Shown: positions 37,584 through 47,638, counted from the first letter of the stretch. The stretch: DNA of 64,000 bases from Lentisphaeria bacterium (GCA_041690595.1 JAWLHB010000040.1:1-64000); one strand, 5' to 3'. The notes: generated from the letters alone by a model not told the origin. Made by a program: numbers and translations.

Positions 37584-39884
37584 TCAGAACTGCGTTTCCG
37601 CGCGGGGCATCAGCGGATGAACGAGATCATCCGCGGCAAACTGCCAGTACAACTGCGCTGCCAGCGCCGGATCGGCCGTGCCGACAGTCGGCGCGATGAG
37701 ATAGCGACAGGAGAAGCCGCCCGGCGAACAGGCATTGAAGTTGCAGCCCCAGTAGTTGTTGTACACCCAGGAAGCCAGGAATGGCTTCTGCCGGGGTACA
37801 TCCGCTGCCGGGTCGCCGAAGGTGAAGCCGCCAAATTGCCAGAGCGGCACATCTCGTGAAGCGATGGTGACGGTGCGATCGCCCTGAGTGACGGCGACAC
37901 CCATGCCCACTTCATAGAGGGAGCGGGCTGCGCCGGGCAGCTGATCCCGATCCGCCTGGAGCCACATGCCGGAGCTGTCATAGAAGAAGTGCACCGGCTC
38001 TCCCGGATCGAGCCACCAGCCAAAGCTGAGATAGAAGGCCTGCCGCGTGGTATCGGCCTCGAACCAGAAGTCGGCAGTGAGGTCGAGGACACCGGGAAGC
38101 AGGGGGTCGAAGCGGATGATCTGGCGCCGCATCGGTGAATGGAGACGATGGACAATCAAAGCTTCGCCGCGGGCATCGCGCACCCATTCCAGGCGCTCGA
38201 TCTCGCCGGATATCTCACGCGTGCAGGAGATGTCCTGGCGCCAGGATTCATCGCTGGGATCACGCTCATTGTCCGTGTTTCGTACCGTGAAACCGCCTTC
38301 GCGGGGTACTTCTCGTACCGGGGCAAAGAGGGCAAAGGGATCGTTGAGACACCATTCGCGCCCATCTTCGGTGGTTGTCACCGACACAATACCGTGCTCG
38401 GACGGATCGTAGGCAACGCGCAGGAGATCGTCGCCGATCTCGATCACCTGATCCATGGAGACGGGCAGGCTGTTGTTGCGGGGTGCGTGGTGCTCGAGCG
38501 TCACGAGGAGCGCTGTCTCCGGCTCAAGTGGCGCATGACAGATCAGGTTGCCCTTCTCCATGGCTGCCCGCGTTGGCTCCCGATCCAGCTGATATAAATG
38601 CTCGGGATGACGTACCCTGGCAAAGGTCTCCATCGCCTTGTCTTCGTAGATGGCACGGAAATTGAGAGGCACCGGAAAGGGATTGATGAGCAGGGCGGAT
38701 GGATCCTTTACGCCGCGGCTCCCGGCGGTGGTGGCCAGATGGTCCCGCAGCAGCCCCGTAGCGACGGATTCAGCCGTCCAGAAGTCAATCTGAATCTGCG
38801 CCCACTGACGCTGAGTGTCGGTGGATTCCGGCGCGCTGACGGAGCTGTGGCTGCCATAGGTGTGCTCGCAAGCGAGGGAGATATGACGCCGGGCGCGGTT
38901 GTAGCTCAGGGTGCCGCCGTCATCGTCCGCCCAGCCCAGCGAGCGAATGCGATCGATCGCCATCATCTTGCGCTGCGCGCGGCGCAGGGCGCCGACCTCC
39001 TGGGGCATGGAGCCGTGCCCGAAAACCCAGCAGTCCGTCCAATCGCCATGCTTGACCGGCAGTTTGTCGCGATGCCGCGCGAGTACGTTCATGAAGCCGC
39101 TGGCCGTGGTAAGCACCAGGCGCAGACCGTGGTCGCCATCGTTGAATCGCCGCACCTGTTCAGGAAGAGAGGTGAACGGGCCGACGTTGTCATTGACGGT
39201 ACCGGATACCGCGGCAAAATCGAGCGGATAGTCCTCGGGCAGATGCGCAAAGAAGCTGTCGACCTTGCCAGGCAGTTCATCCGCGAGTTGATCGAGGTTG
39301 ATGAAGCTCTTGAGGCGGTTGTAGATCCAGCCATGCCAGACAAGCAGCTCGTGATCGTTGGGCAGCGCCCAGCGCCAGGCAGCGGGACGAGGACAGGGCG
39401 AATGGCCCATGGTGGTGTTGAGCCCCATCATCAGGCTGGTCAACCCGCGCCGCGCCATCGCATGTGCGTAGGCCATACTGAAGCCATTGACGTCATTCTG
39501 CATCGCCGTACTCAGGCCGATGTTGTGGTCATTGGCCCATTCGACGGCCCGGTCGAGTTCCCACTCGATATCTTCGTGAGTAAGGAGCATGGTGCCGTTG
39601 GTGTAGCGCACCCCCACGTCCAACTGCCGTCGCTCAACGGCATCGAGAAGGCGGCGGTGCCAGTCGGCATCCCGATAGGTCCACCAGTGCTCGAGGGTGG
39701 CAAAGACTTCGATGGTCCAGTGAAAGGCCGAGGCGGGCTCCATCTCCGTGGTGGATTCGCACAGTTCGATAGCACGGTCCAGGAAGCGGTCGTGCAGCTC
39801 CCAGGTGATGACCGGGTCGTGCGTATAGCCAAAATCGGTATGAGCGTGGGGGATGACATACAGAGTCTTTATTGGCGCAGACAT
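37584..39884 (-). CDS. Glycoside hydrolase, GH38-like (alpha-mannosidase N-terminal fold)
   Basis: HAHTDFGY metal motif, QNDVNG nucleophile-like motif, GDWTDCW, NNYW. No signal peptide. Confidence 0.75.
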   Translation of the reverse strand: MSAPIKTLYVIPHAHTDFGYTHDPVITWELHDRFLDRAIELCESTTEMEPASAFHWTIEVFATLEHWWTYRDADWHRRLLDAVERRQLDVGVRYTNGTMLLTHEDIEWELDRAVEWANDHNIGLSTAMQNDVNGFSMAYAHAMARRGLTSLMMGLNTTMGHSPCPRPAAWRWALPNDHELLVWHGWIYNRLKSFINLDQLADELPGKVDSFFAHLPEDYPLDFAAVSGTVNDNVGPFTSLPEQVRRFNDGDHGLRLVLTTASGFMNVLARHRDKLPVKHGDWTDCWVFGHGSMPQEVGALRRAQRKMMAIDRIRSLGWADDDGGTLSYNRARRHISLACEHTYGSHSSVSAPESTDTQRQWAQIQIDFWTAESVATGLLRDHLATTAGSRGVKDPSALLINPFPVPLNFRAIYEDKAMETFARVRHPEHLYQLDREPTRAAMEKGNLICHAPLEPETALLVTLEHHAPRNNSLPVSMDQVIEIGDDLLRVAYDPSEHGIVSVTTTEDGREWCLNDPFALFAPVREVPREGGFTVRNTDNERDPSDESWRQDISCTREISGEIERLEWVRDARGEALIVHRLHSPMRRQIIRFDPLLPGVLDLTADFWFEADTTRQAFYLSFGWWLDPGEPVHFFYDSSGMWLQADRDQLPGAARSLYEVGMGVAVTQGDRTVTIASRDVPLWQFGGFTFGDPAADVPRQKPFLASWVYNNYWGCNFNACSPGGFSCRYLIAPTVGTADPALAAQLYWQFAADDLVHPLMPRAETQF

Positions 39885-40053
39885 GCGGGGACTTCTCCTA
39901 ACTTCGCAACCGTCAGAACAAAGGACAGTGGTAGATGCGGGGCGAGAGGTAGTTCGCCATTAGCCGATTCCCGGTGAGCGGCCTCCAGTAGAGAGTTTAC
40001 AGCTAGTTTGCCATCAGTGCCAGTGTGGCCGTGGAGAGATTCCACAAAGCTGC

Positions 40054-41370
40054 TCATCGCCAATCGCGGCTTCTGAGATTCTGCAGGCGCCCAAAGAGAG
40101 AAGCAAAGGCGCTTTGCGGCAAGGTCAACCAACTCGTGAAATCCGCGACCACCTCGTCGGCGGTCTGGTAGCGAGCATCAGGATCTTTGCGCAGGAGACG
40201 AGCCAGGATGCGCTGAATGGGGAGCGGAAGGCCGGGATCGATCTTTCGCGGTTCAAGCGGACACTGGGTTTCGATCTGGGTAATGAGGTTGGCAAAAACC
40301 AGGGAGTCGAAAGGGCGATGGCCGAGGAGAAACTCATAGGCGACAACGCCCAGGGAAAAGAGATCGCCCCGCGCATCGATCCTGCCGTGCCGGTAAGCTT
40401 CGGGGGCCAGGTAGGCCGGCGTCCCCACCACGCTGTGGTCACCGGTGAGATCCGAGTCGGGCAGCCGCACCAGGCCGAAATCGGTCACCTTCGCCCGGCC
40501 AGCCGAGGTGACGAGAATATTGCCTGGCTTGATGTCCCGGTGGCAGATGTCGTGCTGGTGAATTGCCGCCAGCGCCTCCGCCACCTGCAGCAGAATGCTG
40601 ACCTTTTCATGGTAACCCAACGGTACCTGCCGCTCGATCATGTATTCGAGCGACTGCCCCTCGATGAACTCCATCACCATGAAGGGGATGCCGCGCTCCG
40701 AGGCTATCCCGAAATCCACGAGCTTGACGACGTTCTCGTGGTCGATCCTCCTGGCGATCTCGGCCTCGCGCAGAAAGCGCTCACGAGCCGTGCGATTCTC
40801 GTCAGCTCCGCTCTCCGGTCCGGGATCGAGAACCTTGAGAGCAAAGCTCTGCTGGCTGCCATCGCCCACCCGATGGACCTTGTAGACGATGCCCATGCTG
40901 CCTTTGCCCAATGTCTCAAGAATGCGATAGCCACCGATAGTGCCGCCAAACGGTGAGCCATCCGCCAGATCCAGCTCCGCGACGGCATGGTCATGGTTCA
41001 TCGCCGCTCGCACCACCATCTCCAGTTGGCTGAGCTTGAGTGGCTTGCGCAGATAATCGGCGACCCCGCTGCGCATCAGCTTCACCGCCTTCTCGATCTC
41101 AGGAAAGCCAGTCATCGCCACAATCGGCAGGTGCGGATGGCTCCCGTTGATCGTGGTGACCAGCTCTTCACCCCCCAGCACCGGCATGTAGACGTCGGTC
41201 AGCACAAGATCGAACTCCTGCTCCTGGAGACGCTCGAGCGCCTGCTGACCGTTCTCCGCCCCCACGACGTCAAAACCCCGCTTGATCAGGAACTTGCAGA
41301 TGATATTGCGCAGGTTGGGTTCGTCATCGACGACAAGAATGCGCTTGAGCTGAGGGTCCAGGGTGCTCAT
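40054..41370 (-). CDS. Response-regulator receiver domain fused to a Hanks-type Ser/Thr kinase
   Basis: Receiver: VVDDEP, LTDVYMP, MTG, RKP. Kinase: LGKGSMGIVY, ALKVL, HRDIKPGN, DFG, GTPAYLAPE. Confidence 0.9.
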   Translation of the reverse strand: MSTLDPQLKRILVVDDEPNLRNIICKFLIKRGFDVVGAENGQQALERLQEQEFDLVLTDVYMPVLGGEELVTTINGSHPHLPIVAMTGFPEIEKAVKLMRSGVADYLRKPLKLSQLEMVVRAAMNHDHAVAELDLADGSPFGGTIGGYRILETLGKGSMGIVYKVHRVGDGSQQSFALKVLDPGPESGADENRTARERFLREAEIARRIDHENVVKLVDFGIASERGIPFMVMEFIEGQSLEYMIERQVPLGYHEKVSILLQVAEALAAIHQHDICHRDIKPGNILVTSAGRAKVTDFGLVRLPDSDLTGDHSVVGTPAYLAPEAYRHGRIDARGDLFSLGVVAYEFLLGHRPFDSLVFANLITQIETQCPLEPRKIDPGLPLPIQRILARLLRKDPDARYQTADEVVADFTSWLTLPQSAFASLFGRLQNLRSRDWR

Positions 41371-41469
41371 GAAGCGGATCCCCACCGGTAAGCGGAGATT
41401 GCAAAAGCCATGGATGCCCGTACCTTATGGTTTCCCTTCACTTCAGCTTATCCCTTTATTTCTGCTGCC

Positions 41470-42414
41470 ATGGCTACAGGTATCGTATATTCGCCGCGCT
41501 TTCTCAAGCACATGACCGGCTTCGACCATCCCGAGCGTCCCAGGCGTCTCTCCTATACAATGGAGAAACTGGCAGAATGGAATGTACTGGATAAACTGCG
41601 CTTAGTCGAGCCGGTCCCCACGGAGTTGATGTGGGTGCAGGAAGTGCACACGGGCCACCATATCGAGCATCTGCGGGCCATGGCGGCGAAAGCCCCCATC
41701 GCGCTGGACATGGATACGGTGATCTGCGAGGACTCCTTCGAGATCGCCCTCCTGGCTGTCGGCGGCATCCTCCAGGCATGCGACTTGGTGGTCGAGAGGC
41801 GACTGGCGAATGCCTTCTGCATGGTCCGCCCCCCCGGACATCACGCGGAACGGGACCGCGCGATGGGCTTCTGCCTGCTTTCGAATGTCGCGATAGCGGC
41901 CCGCTACCTCTGCCTGCGTCATCAGTTTGAACGGGTGATGATTGTGGACTGGGATGTTCACCACGGCAACGGCACGCAAAGCATCTTCTATGAGGATCCG
42001 AAGGTCTTCTACTTCAGCATGCATCAGCATCCCTTCTATCCCGGGACCGGTCTGCCCAATCAGCAGGGCAAGGGAGAGGGAGTCGGGACGACGCTCAATG
42101 TTCCCATGGCGCCCGGGAACGGCGACACGGAGTGGCTGGCCGGCTTCAAGAGCCACTGGCTCCCGGCGGCAATGGAATTCCAGCCGGAAATGATCCTGAT
42201 CTCCGCCGGCTTCGACGCCCATTGGGAAGACCCGTTGGCTCAGCAGCGCGTCACGGATGACGGCTTCGTGGAAATGACCCGGCTCCTGGTCGAGTTTGCC
42301 GCCCGGCATTGCGAAGGACGCATCGTCTCCGTGCTGGAAGGGGGCTACGACATCGGCTCGCTCTCCCGCTGCGTCGCACTGCACCTTCGCCAGTTGATGG
42401 CAGGCGCCAGTTAG
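41470..42414 (+). CDS. Histone-deacetylase-family Zn-dependent deacetylase (class II-like)
   Basis: HPERP, RPPGHHA, MGFC, DWDVHHGNGTQ, SAGFDAH, LEGGY. Confidence 0.93.
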   Translation: MATGIVYSPRFLKHMTGFDHPERPRRLSYTMEKLAEWNVLDKLRLVEPVPTELMWVQEVHTGHHIEHLRAMAAKAPIALDMDTVICEDSFEIALLAVGGILQACDLVVERRLANAFCMVRPPGHHAERDRAMGFCLLSNVAIAARYLCLRHQFERVMIVDWDVHHGNGTQSIFYEDPKVFYFSMHQHPFYPGTGLPNQQGKGEGVGTTLNVPMAPGNGDTEWLAGFKSHWLPAAMEFQPEMILISAGFDAHWEDPLAQQRVTDDGFVEMTRLLVEFAARHCEGRIVSVLEGGYDIGSLSRCVALHLRQLMAGAS

Positions 42415-45400
42415 TCGGCAAGCTCGGGTTGCACCGGATTGCCGCGATAGCGACCGAAGTTGTCGATGACCCGGTGCCGCTGATCGAGCTGATCGCGCGG
42501 CCCCTCGACGCGAATGTGGGCATAGTTGGGGCTACCCGGGCCGTTCTGCACGAAGCAGCCATGCACGTAGCAACCGGCAGCCGTGGCGGTAAGGCGGATG
42601 GCGCGGTTCTCGCCATTGCCGCTGCCCGTTACCCCCAGCCCCGTGACGACCGCGTTCTTGCCGGCGAGGCGCACCCCATCACCGCCATTCCCTTCGAGCC
42701 AGCCATCGCGCAGCACCACTGGCGACGCCACCCCCTCGACGACGCGCACACCGTCGCCGCCATTGCTCTCCGACCAGAGGTCGTGCAGTGTGCAACCGGC
42801 GGAGAAATCCTTCGCCCGAATGACGAAGCCGTGGCTGCCGTTGTTCTGGGCTCCACACGCATCCAGCACGGCGGCATTGCAGTCGATCAACTCCCACCCC
42901 ACGCCGCGGTTGCCGGCGGCCGCACAGGAACGGAAGGTCGCTCCCTGACACTTCTCGAGGCGAAAACCCGCATCGCGCGTCCCCCGAACCGTCACCTGGC
43001 TGATGACCGCCTGGCGGCCGCTGATCTTGAAGCCGGCAAAGCCGACATCGGCCATGCCGTTGCCGTCGAGATGAAGCCGCTCGATGGTCAGGTGGCTGGC
43101 GGCATCGATGTCGAGACATGCCGGCATCGGATGATCGGCGAGGATGGTGGCCCAGTCGCTGGTGATGTGGACGGCCCGGCGAATGCTGTAGCTGCCCATC
43201 GGCACCTTCAGCGGAGCGGTAATGCGATAGATGCCTCGCGGAATGAAGAGCGTGGCGCCTCGTCTCACGGCGTCGGCAATGGCATACTGCAGCACGATGG
43301 TATCGTCCGCGATTCCATCACCGACGACGCCCAGCGCGTGCAGGTCGAGCGTCGTGGCGGCAGGCTCATTCTGCAGTCGCTGAAGGAGCACGATGGCTCG
43401 GGCAATCTGCTCGCGATACCGATCGAGAGTCTCGCCGGAATGGGTCCAGTGGCGGGTCGACTGAGCCACTTCCGCCGGGAGCTGGAGCAGGTCGCGCACC
43501 ATCGCGTTGACCGGTTCCGGCAGCTTGCCGCGGTTCTGGAGGTGCTGCCGATGGAGTGCGTCGAGGCGTTCGAGGTAGTCATAGTCATCGATGCCGTCCC
43601 GGTAAGCTTGGGCGCGCAGAGTGGGAACGACCCCATCCGGAGCGGGATAGAAGAAGGTAGCATCGCCCGGAAAGGGCTGATTGGCGAATGGCTGCGGCCA
43701 GTTGGGATTGACCCAGCGCTGCTCGTCACTGCGTCCCCCCGCTTTAGCGTAGGCGATGTATTGATCGGAGGTTCCCCAGTAGATGGAGGACCAGTAGAGG
43801 AAGCCCGTCACGCCATCTTTCCAGGCAAGCCAGGCCTGGATGCGCGGATCGACGCCGGCCGCGACGATGTGCATGTTCGGCAGGGGCGCCTTGTCGAGAC
43901 AGGTATACCAGTGGACTTCACTGCCGGGCGGATAGTGGGCGGGATCGTGCTGGCGGATCTGCGGCACCCAAGTGTCGATGACATCGTCCAAACCCATGCC
44001 GGGATGGGTGCCGGCCGCCAGCCGTTTCGCGGGAGTCGCCTGGGCCACAAGCTCGCCGAAGCGTCTCAGATCGGCTTTCTGGCTCTCATCCCAGGGTTCA
44101 TCGCCCAGACTGCAGTAAAGGCGTTCGGGCGGAATGCCGAAGACGGTGGTGAGCTGCTCGGTCATGGCTGTGAGATAGGCGCGGAGCATGGCTTCGGCGG
44201 CGGCATCTCCAGCAGGAGCGCTCTCACCGGTTGCCTCGTCCCGGACAGGCAGCCTGGCAAATTGCTGCAGCACGTTGGGGAAGCGGCTTCCCTCGAAACC
44301 GAGGTTCCAGTGGGTGCGCCCTGCTTCCACCTCGATCCGCACGAAAGGAGCGAGCCGCGTGCAGTCGACGGCAAAGGTGCCGTCGGTACGGCGGGTGAAA
44401 TCCAGATGGCGCAGCAGCACCCCGCGATCGAGTTGCGGAGCCATCCGATAGCGGCCAAGCGTCTCAGCAAGCTTCGCGTAGAACGCTTCGTCGATTCCTT
44501 GCCCGTAGATCCCGCGCACATGATGCTCGCTCACCCACCAGTCGCTGCGGAACGTGCCAGGCTCAGGCAGGCTGAATGGCAGAACCTCGACCTGCAGCTC
44601 CAGGCGCGCCAGCAGAGTCCCCTGCCGCTTCAGGCGCCACTCGCCGCGATAGGTCCCGGGCGCTTGCCCCGCCGGCGCCCGCACGGTGAGCATCACCGCG
44701 GATGGCCTCTCCAGCGCGAAAGGTGTCCCCGCGGCCTGCGGCAGGAGCACATCCGGCCAGAAGCGCCCTTCCGGACGACCGCTGTACGGACCCGATACCC
44801 AGACGTCGCCGACCAGATGGCACTCGATGAGATCGGCCCCGAGCGGATTCCCGGTCGCGTCGTTCAGCGCGCTCCACTCGACGATGACGTTGTCGACCGG
44901 TTCGTTCGGAAAGAGGACGATCTGGGCAGATTCCGCCTCGTTGCCGGCGACCAGCATGGCGATGCGGGTGGTGAAGATGCCGCGGAAAGGCTCATCATGG
45001 AAGAACTTGTCGGAGGCGCTCATGATGCCGGTGGCGAGCGTACCATGGCCGGTCGCGGTGCGACGCCAGAGAAGCGGGGCGACCTGATTGGCCACCAGCA
45101 GGTCGAGTTCGCGCAACTCCGGCATCAGCCGTTCGGCAAGTGCCACGGCCTCGATGTACGCCTTTGCCGCATGCAGCCGGGCCAGCTCGGCGGCGCCTTC
45201 GTGCAGGCTGGCGATCCGGGCGCCCACCGTGGACAACTCCGGATCTTCGCGCAACTGGGCAGGATGCGCTTCGCTGCGGCGGGTAAACTCCCGCAAGGCG
45301 GCCAGGCTGGCAGGCAGCGGCCAGGTCGCGATCGTGCGCTCGGCCAGGATCCACTCTTCATCGTCAACCGTGAGGGTGAGGGTGGCCACGCAGTCGCCAA

Positions 45401-46316
45401 CGGGCTCGAGCGCATAGTCGCCCAGTGTGAGCGTGGTCTGCTCGCCGGCAGCCGGTTCGGCGGCAGCTTCGAGAAGCTGAGGCTCCGCGGCTCCCGGTGA
45501 AGCAAGGGCGAAGCGCGCGCGCAGGCGGCGTGGCTGGTCACCGTTGTTCTGCACGCGCAGTTGCAGCCGGTTGTGGAGGCCAAGCTCCGCGCCGGTATCG
45601 AGAGCCTGAATCGTGAGATCGTGACCGATACGTTCGCCGAAGGTCAGCGCACCGAAGTGGGCGCGATTACCAAAGCCCTTCTGGGTTGGGCTCCAGGTGG
45701 AGAACTCCGCCAGCCGCTTGTGAACGCGACAGACATTGCCGCGCCACGTGCTTCCAGACGCGGGTGTACCGCGAAAGCCGCCGCCGATCGGCTGCAGATC
45801 GGTAAAGGGAATGCGCACGATGCTTTCCCAGCGATCCTCCAGAATCTCCGTCTTCACCTGCCACCGGCCGTTCCAGGCCACGCCGCCGGGCCCGCTGTCC
45901 CACCGCGCGCCATTGGGATTGAAGGCGAAGTGATGAATCGGTTCGTCATCTGCAGTCTGAACGAAGACTTCGATAACGTCTCCCGTCCATTCGAGCGGGT
46001 TGTCGACAGCATCGGGTTCGTCGGGAACGCCCTTGTTGAGCCGGTCGATCTGACTGTCCCAAGCGACAATGCGCAGCCACAGGGCCGCGGTGCCGTAGCG
46101 CAGGAAGGCCTCCGTCTTTTCGGTGGCGGGACGCGGTTCCGGCAGAGTGTTGACTAGGCGGAAATCGGTGAGGGGGAGCTGGCTCCATTCGCCCTCAGCG
46201 CCAGTGGCGATGAAGGGGACCATCGAAGCGCGCATCAGCTCCTCTGCCTGTGTACTCATGATCAGCAAGCTCCCCGTAAGCGCCATTGCGGCGAGTCGTA
46301 AGTAGTTACATTGCAT
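42411..46316 (-). CDS. Secreted multidomain glycan-active protein: CBM9-like + GH123/DUF4091-like + right-handed beta-helix
   Basis: Signal peptide. GDVIEVF..FNPNG..RIPF (CBM9-like); GNEAESAQIV, WPDVL, GDEP, GFLYW, GDATFFYP..RDGIDDYDY (GH123-like); GDGIADDT..IPRGIYRIT (pectate_lyase_3-like). Confidence 0.78.
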   Translation of the reverse strand: MQCNYLRLAAMALTGSLLIMSTQAEELMRASMVPFIATGAEGEWSQLPLTDFRLVNTLPEPRPATEKTEAFLRYGTAALWLRIVAWDSQIDRLNKGVPDEPDAVDNPLEWTGDVIEVFVQTADDEPIHHFAFNPNGARWDSGPGGVAWNGRWQVKTEILEDRWESIVRIPFTDLQPIGGGFRGTPASGSTWRGNVCRVHKRLAEFSTWSPTQKGFGNRAHFGALTFGERIGHDLTIQALDTGAELGLHNRLQLRVQNNGDQPRRLRARFALASPGAAEPQLLEAAAEPAAGEQTTLTLGDYALEPVGDCVATLTLTVDDEEWILAERTIATWPLPASLAALREFTRRSEAHPAQLREDPELSTVGARIASLHEGAAELARLHAAKAYIEAVALAERLMPELRELDLLVANQVAPLLWRRTATGHGTLATGIMSASDKFFHDEPFRGIFTTRIAMLVAGNEAESAQIVLFPNEPVDNVIVEWSALNDATGNPLGADLIECHLVGDVWVSGPYSGRPEGRFWPDVLLPQAAGTPFALERPSAVMLTVRAPAGQAPGTYRGEWRLKRQGTLLARLELQVEVLPFSLPEPGTFRSDWWVSEHHVRGIYGQGIDEAFYAKLAETLGRYRMAPQLDRGVLLRHLDFTRRTDGTFAVDCTRLAPFVRIEVEAGRTHWNLGFEGSRFPNVLQQFARLPVRDEATGESAPAGDAAAEAMLRAYLTAMTEQLTTVFGIPPERLYCSLGDEPWDESQKADLRRFGELVAQATPAKRLAAGTHPGMGLDDVIDTWVPQIRQHDPAHYPPGSEVHWYTCLDKAPLPNMHIVAAGVDPRIQAWLAWKDGVTGFLYWSSIYWGTSDQYIAYAKAGGRSDEQRWVNPNWPQPFANQPFPGDATFFYPAPDGVVPTLRAQAYRDGIDDYDYLERLDALHRQHLQNRGKLPEPVNAMVRDLLQLPAEVAQSTRHWTHSGETLDRYREQIARAIVLLQRLQNEPAATTLDLHALGVVGDGIADDTIVLQYAIADAVRRGATLFIPRGIYRITAPLKVPMGSYSIRRAVHITSDWATILADHPMPACLDIDAASHLTIERLHLDGNGMADVGFAGFKISGRQAVISQVTVRGTRDAGFRLEKCQGATFRSCAAAGNRGVGWELIDCNAAVLDACGAQNNGSHGFVIRAKDFSAGCTLHDLWSESNGGDGVRVVEGVASPVVLRDGWLEGNGGDGVRLAGKNAVVTGLGVTGSGNGENRAIRLTATAAGCYVHGCFVQNGPGSPNYAHIRVEGPRDQLDQRHRVIDNFGRYRGNPVQPELAD

Positions 46317-46410
46317 TGGGATGATAATTCCAGTAGAGGAGCCCCAGACGAATGCGACCCGCAATGACCCAGAGCTCGATTGTGGTTTCAGAGAGAGCTG
46401 AAAGCCGTTC

Positions 46411-46453
46411 TTGAATTATAGCTGGCCATATTTATGGTATCAACAACTGATAC
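46411..46453 (+). promoter_or_regulatory. Candidate promoter with an overlapping GntR-type operator
   Basis: TTGAAT-N16-TATGGT (46411-46438). Perfect inverted repeat GTATCA-N5-TGATAC (46437-46453). Confidence 0.55.
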
Positions 46454-46480
46454 AGGATTAAATCATCAAGGGCACCAGGA

Positions 46481-47560
46481 ATGGGATCGTCACCATTACG
46501 TCCGGGACGGGTAAGCGACAAACTGAAGGGGGATATCCTGCTGGCTGTCGCGAAGGGTGAGCTGCGAGCGGGAGATCGCATCAAGAGCCTGCAAGTGCTG
46601 AGCCGGGAGTATTCGCTGAGCGTCAATTCCATTCGCCAGGCGATACGTGAGCTGGTGGATGAAAAGGTGCTCGATGTTCGCGGCGTGAGCGGCACCTATG
46701 TGGCGGCATCTCCAGCAGTGAAAAGTAAGCCCGTCAGCGGCACGGTGCTGGTGATCTATGGCTATCCGCCGGCAAACAAGTTCGATTCAGGCCAGTTTCA
46801 GCTTGGGGTTCTGGAGACCTTGAGCGAGCGAGGGGTGAAGCAGGTCGTTCTGGACTGTCCCGGCACTCAGACCGAACGCCAGCATCACGAGCGTCTGCGG
46901 GATATGCTGCGGGACGGTGAGATCGCCGGATTGATCATGCGCCGGCATACGCCTTTTTTCCAGCGGGGGATGAGCGAGTTGCCCATGGTCTTTGCCAACA
47001 ATATCCGCCCTCCCAGCTTCTGCGTCCGGTGCGCGCGGGCCGAATACTCGATGACCGAGATGACCTACCTTGGCACGGAAAGGTTGATCTCGGGCGGCCA
47101 CACCCGCATCGGCATCATCTCCCAACCCCATGCGGCGCTCGCGGAGCCATGGCCGGTTCCCGGTTATGAAGTGGCACTGGCTGAGCATGGGATTGTCGCC
47201 GACCCGAAATGGATCGGAGAATGCCTCCGCTGGAATGACCGCGATGCGCTCCTCGAAAATCTGGCGCGCTATTTCCGCCGCAACGAAGAGATAACGGCAC
47301 TTTGTGTGACCGATGACATTGGCTGCGCCCTGGCATTGGATGTCCTGCACCAGATCTCTCCCCGCCGCGCGGCGGAGATGGAGGTTGTCTCCTGGGCTAA
47401 CCGCGGCAGCAGTCCGCGATGGCGACGGCCGGTAATCCGGATCGAGATCGACCATGTCAAATGGGGCCGCGCGTCGGCCGCCCTGCTTCTGGGGCTCATC
47501 GATGGCACGGTCGCGACGGGCACCTGCCATGCGGTGACGCCCGACCTCGTCGAAGCGTAA
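46481..47560 (+). CDS. GntR-family regulator with LacI-like sugar-binding domain (AraR-like)
   Basis: GELRAGDRIKSLQVLSREYSLSVNSIRQAIRELVDE..GTYV winged HTH, followed by a periplasmic-binding-protein-like domain (GHTRIG, TALCVTDD). Confidence 0.85.
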   Translation: MGSSPLRPGRVSDKLKGDILLAVAKGELRAGDRIKSLQVLSREYSLSVNSIRQAIRELVDEKVLDVRGVSGTYVAASPAVKSKPVSGTVLVIYGYPPANKFDSGQFQLGVLETLSERGVKQVVLDCPGTQTERQHHERLRDMLRDGEIAGLIMRRHTPFFQRGMSELPMVFANNIRPPSFCVRCARAEYSMTEMTYLGTERLISGGHTRIGIISQPHAALAEPWPVPGYEVALAEHGIVADPKWIGECLRWNDRDALLENLARYFRRNEEITALCVTDDIGCALALDVLHQISPRRAAEMEVVSWANRGSSPRWRRPVIRIEIDHVKWGRASAALLLGLIDGTVATGTCHAVTPDLVEA

Positions 47561-47583
47561 CCGCGCCAAGGGGCCGAAATGCG

Positions 47584-47613
47584 AAAAGGCGACCCCGGTG
47601 AGGGTCGCCTCTT
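47584..47613 (-). terminator. Rho-independent terminator between convergent gntR and the V-ATPase operon
   Basis: 9-bp stem AGGCGACCC-N6-GGGTCGCCT (47587-47610) with a short T-run on the minus strand. Confidence 0.75.
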
Positions 47614-47638
47614 CAACGCTATTCTGTCCGCGGCAGCT

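Noticed and set aside
42309..45500. 1063-aa plus-strand ORF
   Set aside because: Antisense shadow of the GH123-like gene with no motifs. Long shadow ORFs are expected at high GC3.
39984..46338. Shared 10-mer TCCAGTAGAG upstream of both glycoside hydrolase genes (39984 and 46329)
   Set aside because: Non-palindromic, at very different distances from the starts, and only two copies, so chance cannot be excluded.
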